64,000 nt of DNA from Novakomyces olei (taxonomy: Eukaryota): assembly GCA_016906335.1 (NCBI GenBank), contig JADEYG010000012.1, positions 62,001 to 126,000 on the forward strand. Direction: 5' to 3'. The notes beneath the pieces were generated by a model. It did no database searches. It had not been told where the DNA came from and saw only the letters and a list, made by a program, of their open reading frames with translations. Shown here piece after piece: positions 1 through 11,704 of this stretch (position 1 is its first letter; every line of letters begins with the position of its first letter). The position numbers were made by a program, and so were the translations under genes.

Positions 1-275
1 ATTCCATAATAATCTGCCCAGTCTTTTTAAGTTGGCGTAATCGCAAATATTTCAAGTCAAGATGCATTAATTTCCTCATCGGGCTTCCTTCATTGTGATC
101 TGACTATCACAATATACTTCAATCTACTTGTTGGTGTCCAATATTTCGTTTATTGAACCGTGTATGGTCAATACAATTTTTGTTGTAGTGTGAGCACTTA
201 TGTATTCTGCTTCGCAAGTTGAATCTGCTATTGTAAATACTTTCAATTGACTTGTTTTAGAAAAAAAAAATGATG
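1..275 (-). mobile_element. Degenerate Ty1/copia LTR-retrotransposon RNase H relic, running off the window edge
   Basis: Minus-strand translation gives TIADSTCEAEYISA...NK*IEVYCDSQITMKEAR*, then after a frameshift KLMHLDLKYLRLRQLKKTGQIIME. These match the copia RNase H motifs (T.A.S..EAEY, YCD(N/S)Q, KHID.KY..R....G.I) in the correct order, with in-frame stops and a frameshift. Confidence 0.75.
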
Positions 276-2674
276 TTTCTCTTTTAGCTACTGTTCTAAG
301 TCTACCAACGCTTTACCTGTTGTAATGTGTTTTCTGATTCGCGGCCAACCTACTCAATTTTCTTTTTTGCACTCTTGACACGTTCGCAAGCCCCTCTGAT
401 GAATACATCTAAGCCACAGTGGGAAAAAGTCTATAAATAGAGTGGCCGACCAACAATTTAATTAACAATATTAACAATCATAAATTGCTCACAGCTACAG
501 TACCATATAATTTCATTAATTCGAGCCACTAAGTTACATTCTGATAGCGCTAGTTTCTTGTATTCAGTTCCTGTCATTCCAGTTATTCCAGCTGTTCCAG
601 CTATTCCAGCGTTTCCTCCTCTTTTATTGGTAGCCAGCCATCTTGTTCTCTTTTTGTGGCGTCCAAGCTTGAAACATTTTTATAGCAAGCACCTCGATTA
701 TGGAATATAAATTGCGCTCGACGTAGACAAAGCTTGGATTAAGGACCTCAAACACAATTCCGTTTACTATAGAAATTGTTTGATAATTGCTGTTTATCTC
801 AATGACTGAATGATTATTGAAAATTATTAGCAAGTCTGACGAAGTCGAATCATTTCGGCCTTGGCGTTATTCGATCAGATTTTTAGGGAAATAAAACACT
901 ATTTAAAAATGGATATTACATGTGACTAAAATTTTGGAATATTACAGTTGTCTTAATCAAATTACACATTCAATTGTTCAAAAACATACTTCATCAAATC
1001 TCAGATTGATGATTTAGCCAATTGTTAAATCTAAATGCTTCATATCATCCCACGGACAATAGCGATAATCATTCGAGACGTATGATACAATTATTGGAAA
1101 TTTAATATAAATACGTGGGGGGTTTACCATTCTTCACTTGAGTCGGATAGTTAATATAACCGTTCGAATTTCAAAATAACACTCAACAATATGCAATTAT
1201 AGCGCTTGCCTGGTATTATTAAATTTCCTTGCTTTCAAAGTATTTTCATGTGAACCAACGTTTACATCAAGTATTATTCATTCAATAAGATTTCATGTAC
1301 GGATTTAGAATCAGAAACCAATCTATTAGAAATCGTTTAATACTTCAAACGTTTTAATCAAGTCTTTCTATTTGGTGATCTAAAAAGGCTTAATCTTAAA
1401 TTTTCAAAGTAGAAAATGCTAGCAAAATTTTATTACAATTATCGTTTTAATCAGCGTTTTGGTTTGAATTTCCTCTGCCCCAATACTGATGATTGTGTAA
1501 GTAGGACTGAACATTGCAAAACTAGGAATTGTTTACAAAAAGTCAAATATGCTGAGTTTATCAAGTATTGCGAGTGGTCCCTGATAAATGCTCATTGCTG
1601 ATTGTGCCATAATAGCCTCTATTTTGGAGTAACATGAGTACGCAGTCTGAGCTTGACAAGTGGATAAGAATCCTCAAAAAATAATATGGGTTTCGACTCG
1701 TTTTTTTTGTTTCGAATTTGAATCGCTAAACAATGATTTGTGTATTTCTCTTTTTTTTTCCCAATAAGTTAAAAGTTAGAATTTGTGATTTGTAGCGAAA
1801 CTTTCAGAACAACTGGACATTGTCCCCGTTTATAATTTATTGTACTAAATTACGTATAACAGCATGTTTTCTTTTTTTTTAATTGGCAGCTATCAAGGCA
1901 ATTTTTAACATTTAAACGAACATCTTTCAAAAGCGAGCTTTTCGTAATGCGAGTTTGTCAATTAACGCAATTTTACTCGAGCTCTACTAAAGTCATGCGT
2001 TGCTGTTGGAGTGCGAACATAGTTAAATTTGAATGTCTAGCTAGCACAAAGCCACCCTACGCTTTCAGACTACATTCTAAGGATCTAATCCCACAATGAA
2101 AATGAGGAATACAGGGCAAGTATTGTTCAGAGAAAAGCACAACCTAAGCTTTGAATGGTTGGCACTGCTTCAGGTAATGCTCCACACAGATGTAAAATAT
2201 GAATACGCTCCTTGTTATCTTTCAATTTAAACAACAAACTTCGTTTAGAAAAAAAGAGTGAAGACGCAGTCAATCAAACCATAAATTTCAGATGCGGGGT
2301 TGAATTAAATATCCAAATTAATAAAAATTCATGAATTATATGCTAAACAAAATTCAATCGATTTGCTAATTAGCATACAAATTAAGAAATCAGGTATGCA
2401 TGTCCCTTGGTGCAAAGTGTTTATTGCATTGCTCGTCCAACTGACATTTGTGAACATTCACAAGTAATCAAATGAAGACCAAGCGCAATAAAATACCTCA
2501 ACTTTTACTTTATCTCTTGTGAAATTTAAAAGCGCATACTGAAAATGTAATTACCTATTTCACGGTGAATATGTACTATTGACACGATAAACACTAAACC
2601 ATAAGGAGTAATACGTATATACGATCACCATCCGTGCCATAATTCGCATGCTTCTGACGCAAATGTAGCAATGT

Positions 2675-4496
2675 TCACTTCAAGACACTTGCAATCGCCT
2701 CAACAATTGCTACCACTCCCAATGCACCTGGGTCGGGAAGACCACCTTCATGGTCAAAGTTCGCAATCGTATCCTCCGAAACGTACGACGCTCGGCCAAA
2801 TTTAGCTTGCTGTTTACGAGTACGCTCAAATCCTTCTCGGGAAGCTGTGACAGCCTTGTCTAGATCCTTAGTTTTGGACAATGTCTCCACAAAAGGCGCT
2901 AGAGAATCAATGAGAGTGCGATCTCCAGGACGAGCACCTGTGTATTGGTAGAGAGCTGTTAGTGCCTTGCTCAGTGACTCAGATACATTATCTATATTCA
3001 GAGACTTGGCATCCAAAGATTTGAGACCCTGTGCAAAAGCAGACAGGAAAATCGCGTAAATGCCGCCAGATGTTCCTCCCATTCGATCTTCAAGGATATC
3101 TACAATTTGAAGCACCAGCAAGGCGCCGTCATCTAAAGCAAGTTGTTTAGATTTCAATGCATCAGTAATACCCTGAGCTCCATTAAGAAGAGTCTCTCCA
3201 CAGTCTCCGTCTCCGGCCACAGTATCGTACTGCGTAATCTTTGGCTCATTCTTGGTCACGTTCTCACTAATAGCATTGATAATAGACTTTATAATTTCTG
3301 GATCCGTCTTGAGATTTGACTTGAAAGAAGCCTCGTTTTCCTGGACACTGTTGAACACTGACTCAGCTGCAGTATATTTCTTGCCTTGCCAAAGTCCGTG
3401 CTTGATACCCCAGCCTGGAGCATCCGCTGGTGCATCAATAAGTTGGAGCACCTCGGGGTCATTGATGTTGGTGAGGTTTAGCAACGTAATCGAGAAACCT
3501 GGACCATTAAGAGCAGTGGTGAAAGTGCCTACATAGACACGTGCAAGCTTCAGCTTGTACGTTTTCTCGACCTGTGAAGCAGTAATCTCCAGGAACGCGC
3601 CCAGATCAAGATTGCTCAATCCTCCTAAATTGTTCACCAAAAGCACGACTTCGTCATCTGCATTGAACTTAACGAAAGATCTGTCCGGATCGTCATTAGA
3701 TGCCAACATCTTCAAAAGTTTAGCCACAAGGTTTTCGCGAGTTGGGATTGGAGACACTGTTTCAATACCAGGCTCGTTATGAATGCCCATTCCAATTTCG
3801 ATCTCGTTTTCCTTTAGTGAGAAGTGTTGATCCGAAGCACGTCCAGGCACAGTAGCGTGATCCAAACTTGCTCCGACAGTGACAAGGTTGGAAGTCACTT
3901 TCTTGGCGAGGCTTTCAACTTCCGAAATGCTCTTGCCGGCATCAGCGGCACTGCCAGTGACCTTGTGCACCAATATAGTACCAGCCAAGCCTCGTCGGCC
4001 TACACGTCCACCTTTAGCGCGCCCCACGGAAACATCATCCGCTACGGCGATGAGCCTAACATCAACGCCTTTAGCTTTCAATTTTTCAGCCGCCAGACCA
4101 AAGTGCAATACATCACCCGTGTAGTTCTTTACGACGAAAATGAAGCCTTTCGATGACTTAATCTCATTGCAGGCTGCAATAATTTGCTTTGTTGAGGGTG
4201 ACGCAAATAGAGAGCCGGCAACGGCTCCCGTGAGCATATTCTCCGCAACGAAACCGGCATGTGTAGGCTCGTGACCGCTTCCGCCTATATCCGTTAGTAT
4301 GCATACGCAATTATCTTGTATAGCGGACAAACAAACCTCCTGAAATTACGGCAACCTTGTCCTGTGCGATGTCGCGTCGAAGAATAACGCGCTGGTCCTC
4401 CAGAAGAACAATCTTCGGATTAGTGCGGACCAGGCCCTTGAGAAACTCAACGACTAGCTGGTTAGGCTCAGTCGGGAAAGATTTGTTCGAAGTCAT
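2675..4496 (-). CDS. DAK1: Dihydroxyacetone kinase (DhaK-DhaL fusion), 2 exons
   Basis: Motifs ISGGGSGHEP, KNYTGD, GMGIHNEPG, GDGDCG, MGGTSG, GRASY. Intron 4285-4336 (GTTTGT...ACTAAC...TAG) joins ORFs 4311-4496 and 2675-4330. Confidence 0.95.
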
Positions 4497-4726
4497 AGCT
4501 AAAGGTTTTTGAGCTTAAGCTTAAAATAGTTGTGCTTCTTTGCACTTCCTTTTATAAGCTTTAAGAAAGACGGTTGGGGATTTCGTCTCACGCGTAGAGA
4601 CTCTTTTATGTATATTCTTGGAGTTGAAAACGAAAATATGGGATAAAAGTCGACCGAAATATGAAGTTGTTCCGAGCCTACTCGGGCCAAACACGGGTGA
4701 AAACCAAATAATGTCGAAATGCGGAA

Positions 4727-4738
4727 GCGGGGGTGGGG
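4727..4738. promoter_or_regulatory. Tandem SYGGRG (Mig1/CreA/Scr1-type) glucose-repression sites upstream of DAK1
   Basis: GCGGGG GTGGGG about 230 bp upstream of the DAK1 ATG, fitting a glycerol/DHA-utilisation gene. Confidence 0.45.
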
Positions 4739-6181
4739 CTTTTCCTTAAAATTCCTCTTTTAAAAGGTTCGTTGTTATATCTTCCTTTGGAATAGTAATG
4801 GATCACGTTTCATATTTCTTTAATTCCCCAAGTATGCTAAGCTTTATTGTATGTTTTAACGGGTTCTCTTTTACGTCGTATACCGCCAGCCTTGCGTTAT
4901 GGCGAGCGAACAAGCAACCCGCTACATGTGATACACTTTATGTTCAATATGATATGCCACATCTGGCCGTATCTCGCGAGCTTAAGTCTACAATCTTTTT
5001 TGTAGTAGTTACTGATATGGCTTGACAGGCTAATTCGTAACAAATACACGTAGAAATGAAATTTGGCTGTTTAATATGCATCCCTGTAATTCAGGCACAC
5101 AATCGGCGTTCGCGACTTATGATAGTACGATTTATTAAACCTAAAGATACGCGATTGAACAGCTGCCACTGCACAGGTTGAATTCCCTGTATCATCTTCG
5201 TGAAAAATATGGGATGCCTTTACCATCTGTCAGATATATATGGGCCGAGAACTTACCTGGATTTGCTAGTTTCTGAATTGGTAGGAATGTCTTACATAAT
5301 CCGCCTAGAATAACCCTATTTCTATTATCCGTCTAATGTTACCGATTTGCTATATAGTGCAAACGTAAATATGTGGGATGAACTTGGGATATTTTAGCTG
5401 CTAACATTAAATGCCCTATATAAGATGTAATATATAAGAAGAACAATTGCAAGGCCAATTAATGACTAAGAGATGAGTGGGTAGTTTTACTTGGTGCTTT
5501 TTCATGGGCTAGCACTATATTTATTGCCATTGTGCATGCTCTATGTGGAATGAAATGGTTGATAGCATAATAATTACCCCCATTAGTCCTGGATTTGCGA
5601 CCTTCGAGATTTAATTTCATAGCATACTTATTACTGCTTGACCAATATATATACTAACTGTAAGATTTCGTACTTTGCATTTTGATTATCAAATGTTGCT
5701 GGCAAGAGTGTCCAAGTTATTCAGGGTTAGGGTTATCATATGACCCGGGTTGTGTGAATAATCGCTTAATCCTAAAAATATTGCAGCTGTATTCAAGACA
5801 TAGTTTAGAATACTTTGTTAAAGAATCTAACGAAAGCTACTAGCTATTTCTTTGGTGCCTATTGTCAGTCCTGAGGAGCCATCTGGCCTTTGCTGTCTGC
5901 AACGTAAGCACAATGTGCTAAACTACATGGAGCTGGAATTATATTTTGAGCATCATTTTAGAGCACAAACCATCATTTCTATCGATACTCATTTTGGTCA
6001 GATGCTATCATATCCATAGTGCCTTATATTCAAGGAACCTTCGAAGCATAATGTAAAATTTAGTATGTTTAGTAAATAAGTAATATCTGCATCCTGCATC
6101 TATTGTTGGCTGATATGCAGCTCAAGAATGCACTGGTCTAGAGCAATCCAGTTGAAAGCTTGGCCATGATTATTGCGTCAC

Positions 6182-7240
6182 TTAAAGATTACTTCTGCTT
6201 GCTATCCAAATTTGCCTTTTATTTACCGGAGGTGTAACAAACTCCCCAGATGTCAAAAATGCAATTATATTCTTCATAGCGTTCAGTTCAAAATTAACCC
6301 ATGTATCAACAGCACCGCCAGCATTATGACTAGTCATTGAAACATTTCGCATGCCGGCAAGTAAAGGGTTAATGACAGGCTCGTCATAGAAAACATCAAG
6401 ACCAGCCGCTGCTAATTTCCCTGATTCAAGTGCTCTGATTAGCGCTTTCTCGTCGACCGTTCTGCCACGTGACGTATTGATGATACGAGAACCGTTCTGC
6501 ATGGCTGTAAATGCCTTCTCATCCATTATATGGTGGGTATATTTGTTGTAAGGAACAGATATAATCACAATTTCAACAGATTTCAGCATTTCATAAAGGT
6601 CGGTATGATATGTCGTACCATACTGACTTTCAAACTGTTTATTGGCGCGCACAATATCATAATAATGGACCTTCAGGCCGAATGCAGACGAAAGTTTTTT
6701 AACAGCAAGTTTTCCAATACTTCCTAGACCGACAATCCCAACCTTGAATGATGAAACATTGCGTGATAGTGGTGGAACATTGTTGTGAGCATCAAGAAAC
6801 TTATCAGGGTCACACGACTTGGCTGCATCCTGAGACCAGGTGGTGTAGCGACACACTGAAATCAAATGCCATATCATCAAATCCGAAACCGCATCATCTG
6901 AGCAGGTTGCCCCATTGCAATAATAGATCCCATGTCGTGCAAACTCATCAACGTCGGCCCAGTTGTAGCCTGCACCTGCCGCTGCAAAAATGGTCACAGT
7001 ATCGGGGAGAAAAGATATCAATTCCGCATCCCACATGCCCATCTCACCTCCAGAATTCCAAAACGGACGGAATATAGCATGAAAGTTTCCAAATCGTTTA
7101 GACCTGAGAGCATTTATGAATGATACTCTGTCCAAACAATCATTGCGAATTACCTGGAATCGAGATTGGAATTCTTTTGAATAATAATCGTTGTTGAAAC
7201 GGATAGGCTCGCCAAGATGCAAAACAACTGGTTTCGACAT
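6182..7240 (-). CDS. D-isomer-specific 2-hydroxyacid dehydrogenase (glyoxylate reductase/D-mandelate dehydrogenase-like)
   Basis: GAGY, Rossmann GIVGLGSIG, INTSRG, GLDVFYDEP and catalytic H in SHNAG; intronless 352 aa. Confidence 0.92.
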   Translation of the reverse strand: MSKPVVLHLGEPIRFNNDYYSKEFQSRFQVIRNDCLDRVSFINALRSKRFGNFHAIFRPFWNSGGEMGMWDAELISFLPDTVTIFAAAGAGYNWADVDEFARHGIYYCNGATCSDDAVSDLMIWHLISVCRYTTWSQDAAKSCDPDKFLDAHNNVPPLSRNVSSFKVGIVGLGSIGKLAVKKLSSAFGLKVHYYDIVRANKQFESQYGTTYHTDLYEMLKSVEIVIISVPYNKYTHHIMDEKAFTAMQNGSRIINTSRGRTVDEKALIRALESGKLAAAGLDVFYDEPVINPLLAGMRNVSMTSHNAGGAVDTWVNFELNAMKNIIAFLTSGEFVTPPVNKRQIWIASRSNL

Positions 7241-7590
7241 CGGTTTACGATAGACTAAGTCAAAGACAACCTTAATATTTCAAATGATGTCCAGTAAATG
7301 TCTTGGCGAACGGTAGATATGGCCTTGCTGCTAAAAACAGGAATCTTTGCTCGACCATGCTGCAGCCCATTTTAATATGGGGTAAATTGGTGGGATAGAA
7401 TTTCGTACTATAATCCCACCCATTTTTAGTCGCTTGCTTGTTGTTTGCCTTGACGTGGAAGCAATCAAACGCTTTATCTTCATATATGTGAACGATTGCT
7501 TGTGATCGTCGACGGGCAATAAACTGACAAATAATCGTAAAATGTCCGGCAAACAATAATTTCTACAAATATCGTTTGATTGCAAACCCA

Positions 7591-8441
7591 ATGGCGCGAA
7601 TTTTATGTTTACACGGTAAAAACGACATAATGGCTCTCCTTCTTCCTCTTCTTGCAACTGACCAGGATACTAGGCTATACTCAAAATGGACCAATGTTTC
7701 ATCGCCGTCTGGGTGCATTAAGAAAAGCTCTGAAAGAACATACTTTAATCTTTCCCGACGGCCCTATTGTTCTTCCTGTTCCTGATCCATCGGACCCTGC
7801 GGAAAGAGCGAGACTAGAAAAGTTAGAAAATGACGGTATTTTTGATTCAGAGCCTCATGCTTGGTTTAAACACGATGAGAGCAGACAGGATTATGTGGGA
7901 TTTTACGAGGCGCTTTCGTTTCTTAGCCAAGTTCTGTCCAAGGTATATGTCATTGTCCTCTAGGACCGCTTGTAACGTGGAAGGGCATAATTAATTAATT
8001 AATTAATTAGGATGGACCATTTGATGGCGTGATAGGCTTTTCGCAAGGAGCATTCATGGCAGCCAGTCTGGCGTCTCTACTCGAGCCAGGTCGCTCAATA
8101 CCTGAATCGTTGAAAATAAATCATCCGCCTTTGAAATTCGCTATAATTGCGTGCGGGTTCAAATCATTGTACCCTGGGCATCAATGGCTCTATAACCCAA
8201 AGATCCAGACTCCAACATTCCATCTTATCGGGAAAGTCGACACTATCGTGTCAAATGGTACGTTTTGTATGCTCTATCAAGACACCAACTAACAATGACT
8301 TAAAAAGAGAGAAGCGAAAAATTGGTCAAGGAATGCGTTTCTCCCAAAGTCGAATATCATCCAGGAAGCCATTTTATTCCACAACAGGCCTTGTACAGAA
8401 ACGAAATCAAGCAGTGGATTGAAGACCGCATTTCAGCTTAA
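7591..8441 (+). CDS. FSH1/OVCA2-family serine hydrolase, 4 exons
   Basis: ILCLHGYTQNG, GPFDGVIGFSQGA, PTFHLIGKVD, HPGSHFIP. Introns about 7616-7673, 7943-8010 and 8257-8307. Confidence 0.9.
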
Positions 8442-8740
8442 GCGCGGATTAGAAGCCTTATAGACCTTATCGATAGACACAATGATTTAACGTAGATATT
8501 ATTACTACAAAATACCTCGGACCAAATAGAGCCATAACCCTTATTCTCACTCGAATTAACGTGTCTAGCTTACAATTATATAGGACTCGATATTTGACTG
8601 GCTCTATATACAATTAATTCAAGTATGAATATTACACGTGAAATATTAGGTGAGTAGGGTTTTCCAGCTTGGCAAGTGCATTGCGTAGATGAATAATTAT
8701 TGTTATACGCGGAGTCCAAACTGGAAGCCCAGGCTGAACA

Positions 8741-11400
8741 ATGCTATTGTCAACGTTGGAGCAGATAAAAACGAAAATAACGCAATTGACACTAGATTCC
8801 AAACCATCCCGGGAGCAGGCCTTTCAAACACTATTCTGCCTTGATCCTGACGAAAAGATTGTTCATGAAACTACGGCTGAACTACGGATACCTCGAAGCA
8901 CTCTATCCGGAAATACAAGCTGGAATGGCAGGTTAATTATTAGTACCAGCTTTATTTGCTTTGTGTCGAATGATAATGTTCCGTGTAGGTTCTCGATTCC
9001 GCTTCAGACCATACATAGGGTCGAACGCCTCAACACACAATCAGTGTTCTTCGTACTAGCAATTAGCACGTGGCACGGCTTAGAGATACGAATTATACTG
9101 AGTGGATTACGTCAGAACTGTGAGGCATTTTGTGACAGCTTAAAGCATTGTTTAAAAGTTCAATTTCAATCTCGACGACCCATGCGCCATTTTCTTAGTA
9201 CGTGCTACTCTGAGTATTTAATAATGGATCCAAAGAAAAGACAAAATCCACCACAGCTAGGCTTAGGAGAGAAATATGGATTTATTGGTGACTCAAAAAA
9301 GCTTCGGGATAACGCAAAAATGCGACTTTGGGCGGAGTATTTCCGAGAGAATGGTCGCAATTTGACTACGGTGCGATTTCCTACATTCAATAAGCTTGTG
9401 CGAATTGGGCTTCCGAACAGGCTTCGCGGGGAGCTCTGGGAAGTGACTAGTGGCAGCTTGTATATGAGATGGAAAAATTCTGGCGAATACGAGAAATTGC
9501 GTGCATCGAATGCCGGTGAAACTTCAATATCATTGGAAGAGATAGAGAAAGACCTTTACCGCAGCTTACCCGAGTATCCTGGCTACCAAAACGAGGAAGG
9601 CATTGATTCTTTACGGCGGGTTTTATCGACTTATTCGTGGAAGAATCCCGAAATTGGCTATTGCCAGGCCATGAATATCGTAGTGGCGGCCATGTTGATG
9701 TGAGTCCCATATGCTATTAAATTTTCTGATGGCAATTAACATTTGGTTTTAGTTATGCGACGGAAGAGCAAACCTTTTGGTTATTGAATACGTTATGTGA
9801 AAGGCTTGTACCGGGATACTATTCAACGACAATGTATGGCACTATGTTGGATCAAAGGGTCTTTGAGAACCTTGTGCAAACCACTTTGCCAGCATTATGG
9901 GACCATTTCAACAAACATGATATACAACTTAGCATAATTTCTTTACCATGGTTTCTGTCGTTATATGTGAATTCGATGCCTCTTGTTTTCTCGTTCCGAA
10001 TCCTCGACTGTTTCTTCATGGAAGGACCGCGAGTTTTATTTCAAATTGGATTAGCTATTCTTCGCATCAATGGCGAAGAACTACTAGATGCTGTCGACGA
10101 TGGCTCTCTAATACAGATTCTTAAAGAGTATTTCACGACGCTCGATGATTCTGCTCACCCTAAATCTAAAAATCCAAGAGCTCGGGCAGTGACAAAATTC
10201 CAGGAGCTTATGACAGTTGCGTTTCGCGAATTTCGGGTTGTGAGCACGGGACAAATTGAGAGTCTAAGGAAGAAATTTCGGGAAGGAGTCCTCGAGAACA
10301 TTGAAGACTTTGCCCGACGAACGCAGATAAGAAACTTGAAAAAGACTAGAAAGTTGTCAAGACAACAATTGGAGAACCTGTATGATCATTACTACTCTGT
10401 ACTTCATAAAAGAAGGCTTGGCTATGGTAAAATTGAAACGCGCATGGAGTACGAAGCTTTTCGTGTCTTTTTGTCAGAGATAGCTTCTTGGGCACGTGAT
10501 GAAGAGGTCATAACAGATGCAGCAGGAGTGCGCAGAACTGTCTCAAAATCCAAAAATCCAGCAGAGCATCCATTTATGCATCGCCTATTTTCGAGATGGG
10601 ATCAAACAAGTGTTGGCTCCCTAAACTTCCAAGAATTAGTTGAGGGTGTCGCAGAAATGAAGGAGCAAGATTTGATGCACACAATAGCATACTTTTTCGA
10701 TCTCCATGACGATGACAAAGATGGAATATTGGAAAAAGATGACGTATTAAAACTTTCAGAGTCTCTTTTATTTATAACAAGAAATTTCATTGAGCTTGGG
10801 GAGGGTTACCTGTTATCGGTGAGCAAGTTGATACAGAATTGTTTCGAACATGGAGAAAAAGTCACAGTAGGCGAAAAGCTTGTGGATGCACCGGTGAACT
10901 CTCACAACTTGGCGCTTGATACCCATACCCGCGTTAAGGTGAATTTGCCTACATTTCGAATGATTGTTCTTTCAGACGAATTATTGGAGACCTTTTTCAC
11001 CCTTGGCTTTACATCTTCTATCAATTTGATGTCGGAACCACTTGACGTTGCTAATCGCGGAATTCGTGGCTTCTTTGACGGTCTCGTTACAGACAGCGTT
11101 CGAGTAGCTGATCAAATGCGAAGACGGACAGAATCAGCAACATCTCAGACCAGCACAAAGGCCGGGTCTAGAGGAGAAGATTCAGCGCCAGCGAGTAAAG
11201 ATGATTTCGATTCTCAAGTAAGGCAGGATGACCGTGATCTATTGACAGGAGACGGGGACGATGACGATGACCAGGCGGTATCTTCGCTAGGACACAACAC
11301 AATTGCGGGCTCATCCGCAGCCAATTATGGACATGCATTCGAACCATATGAAGCCGGCAAGGCCTCTGGTTCTTCCATTGTTTTGCATCAAGACGAATAA
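8741..11400 (+). CDS. MDR1: GRAM + TBC + EF-hand Rab GTPase-activating protein (Mdr1/Gyp2, TBC1D8/9-like), 2 exons
   Basis: GLPNRLRGELW, IEKDLYRSLP, GYCQAMN, EF-hand DDDKDGIL; intron 9700-9752. Confidence 0.9.
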
Positions 11401-11704
11401 TAAGCATTCTTTGTATATGTATATATAGGTTTTATTTAATAAATAAAATGAGCTCAACTACCTCTTTAGACATACAATTGTTTTGTATCATGTAATAATG
11501 TAATAGTGTCAGGTTAAGTGTATGTGACAATAAGGGGGAATGTATAAGTAAAGTGTTGCGTAATATAAGAATCTACCATTACTCGGACGGGTACCCGTTT
11601 GCGTATTAGAGGCCAATTACATAGCGTAAATTAATAATAATAAATAAGAAAAGAACATTGTCGCGCACTTGGCAGGCGTCCAGCCGTACTATGATACTAC
11701 CCTA

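Noticed and set aside
1081-1110. YDTIIGNLI resembling the copia reverse transcriptase Y.S.IG.L motif
   Set aside because: Opposite strand to the RNase H relic, short and without flanking support.
5165-5192. GGTTGAATTCCC resembling a tRNA T-loop or B box
   Set aside because: It deviates from GTTCRA, and no cloverleaf or A box can be built.
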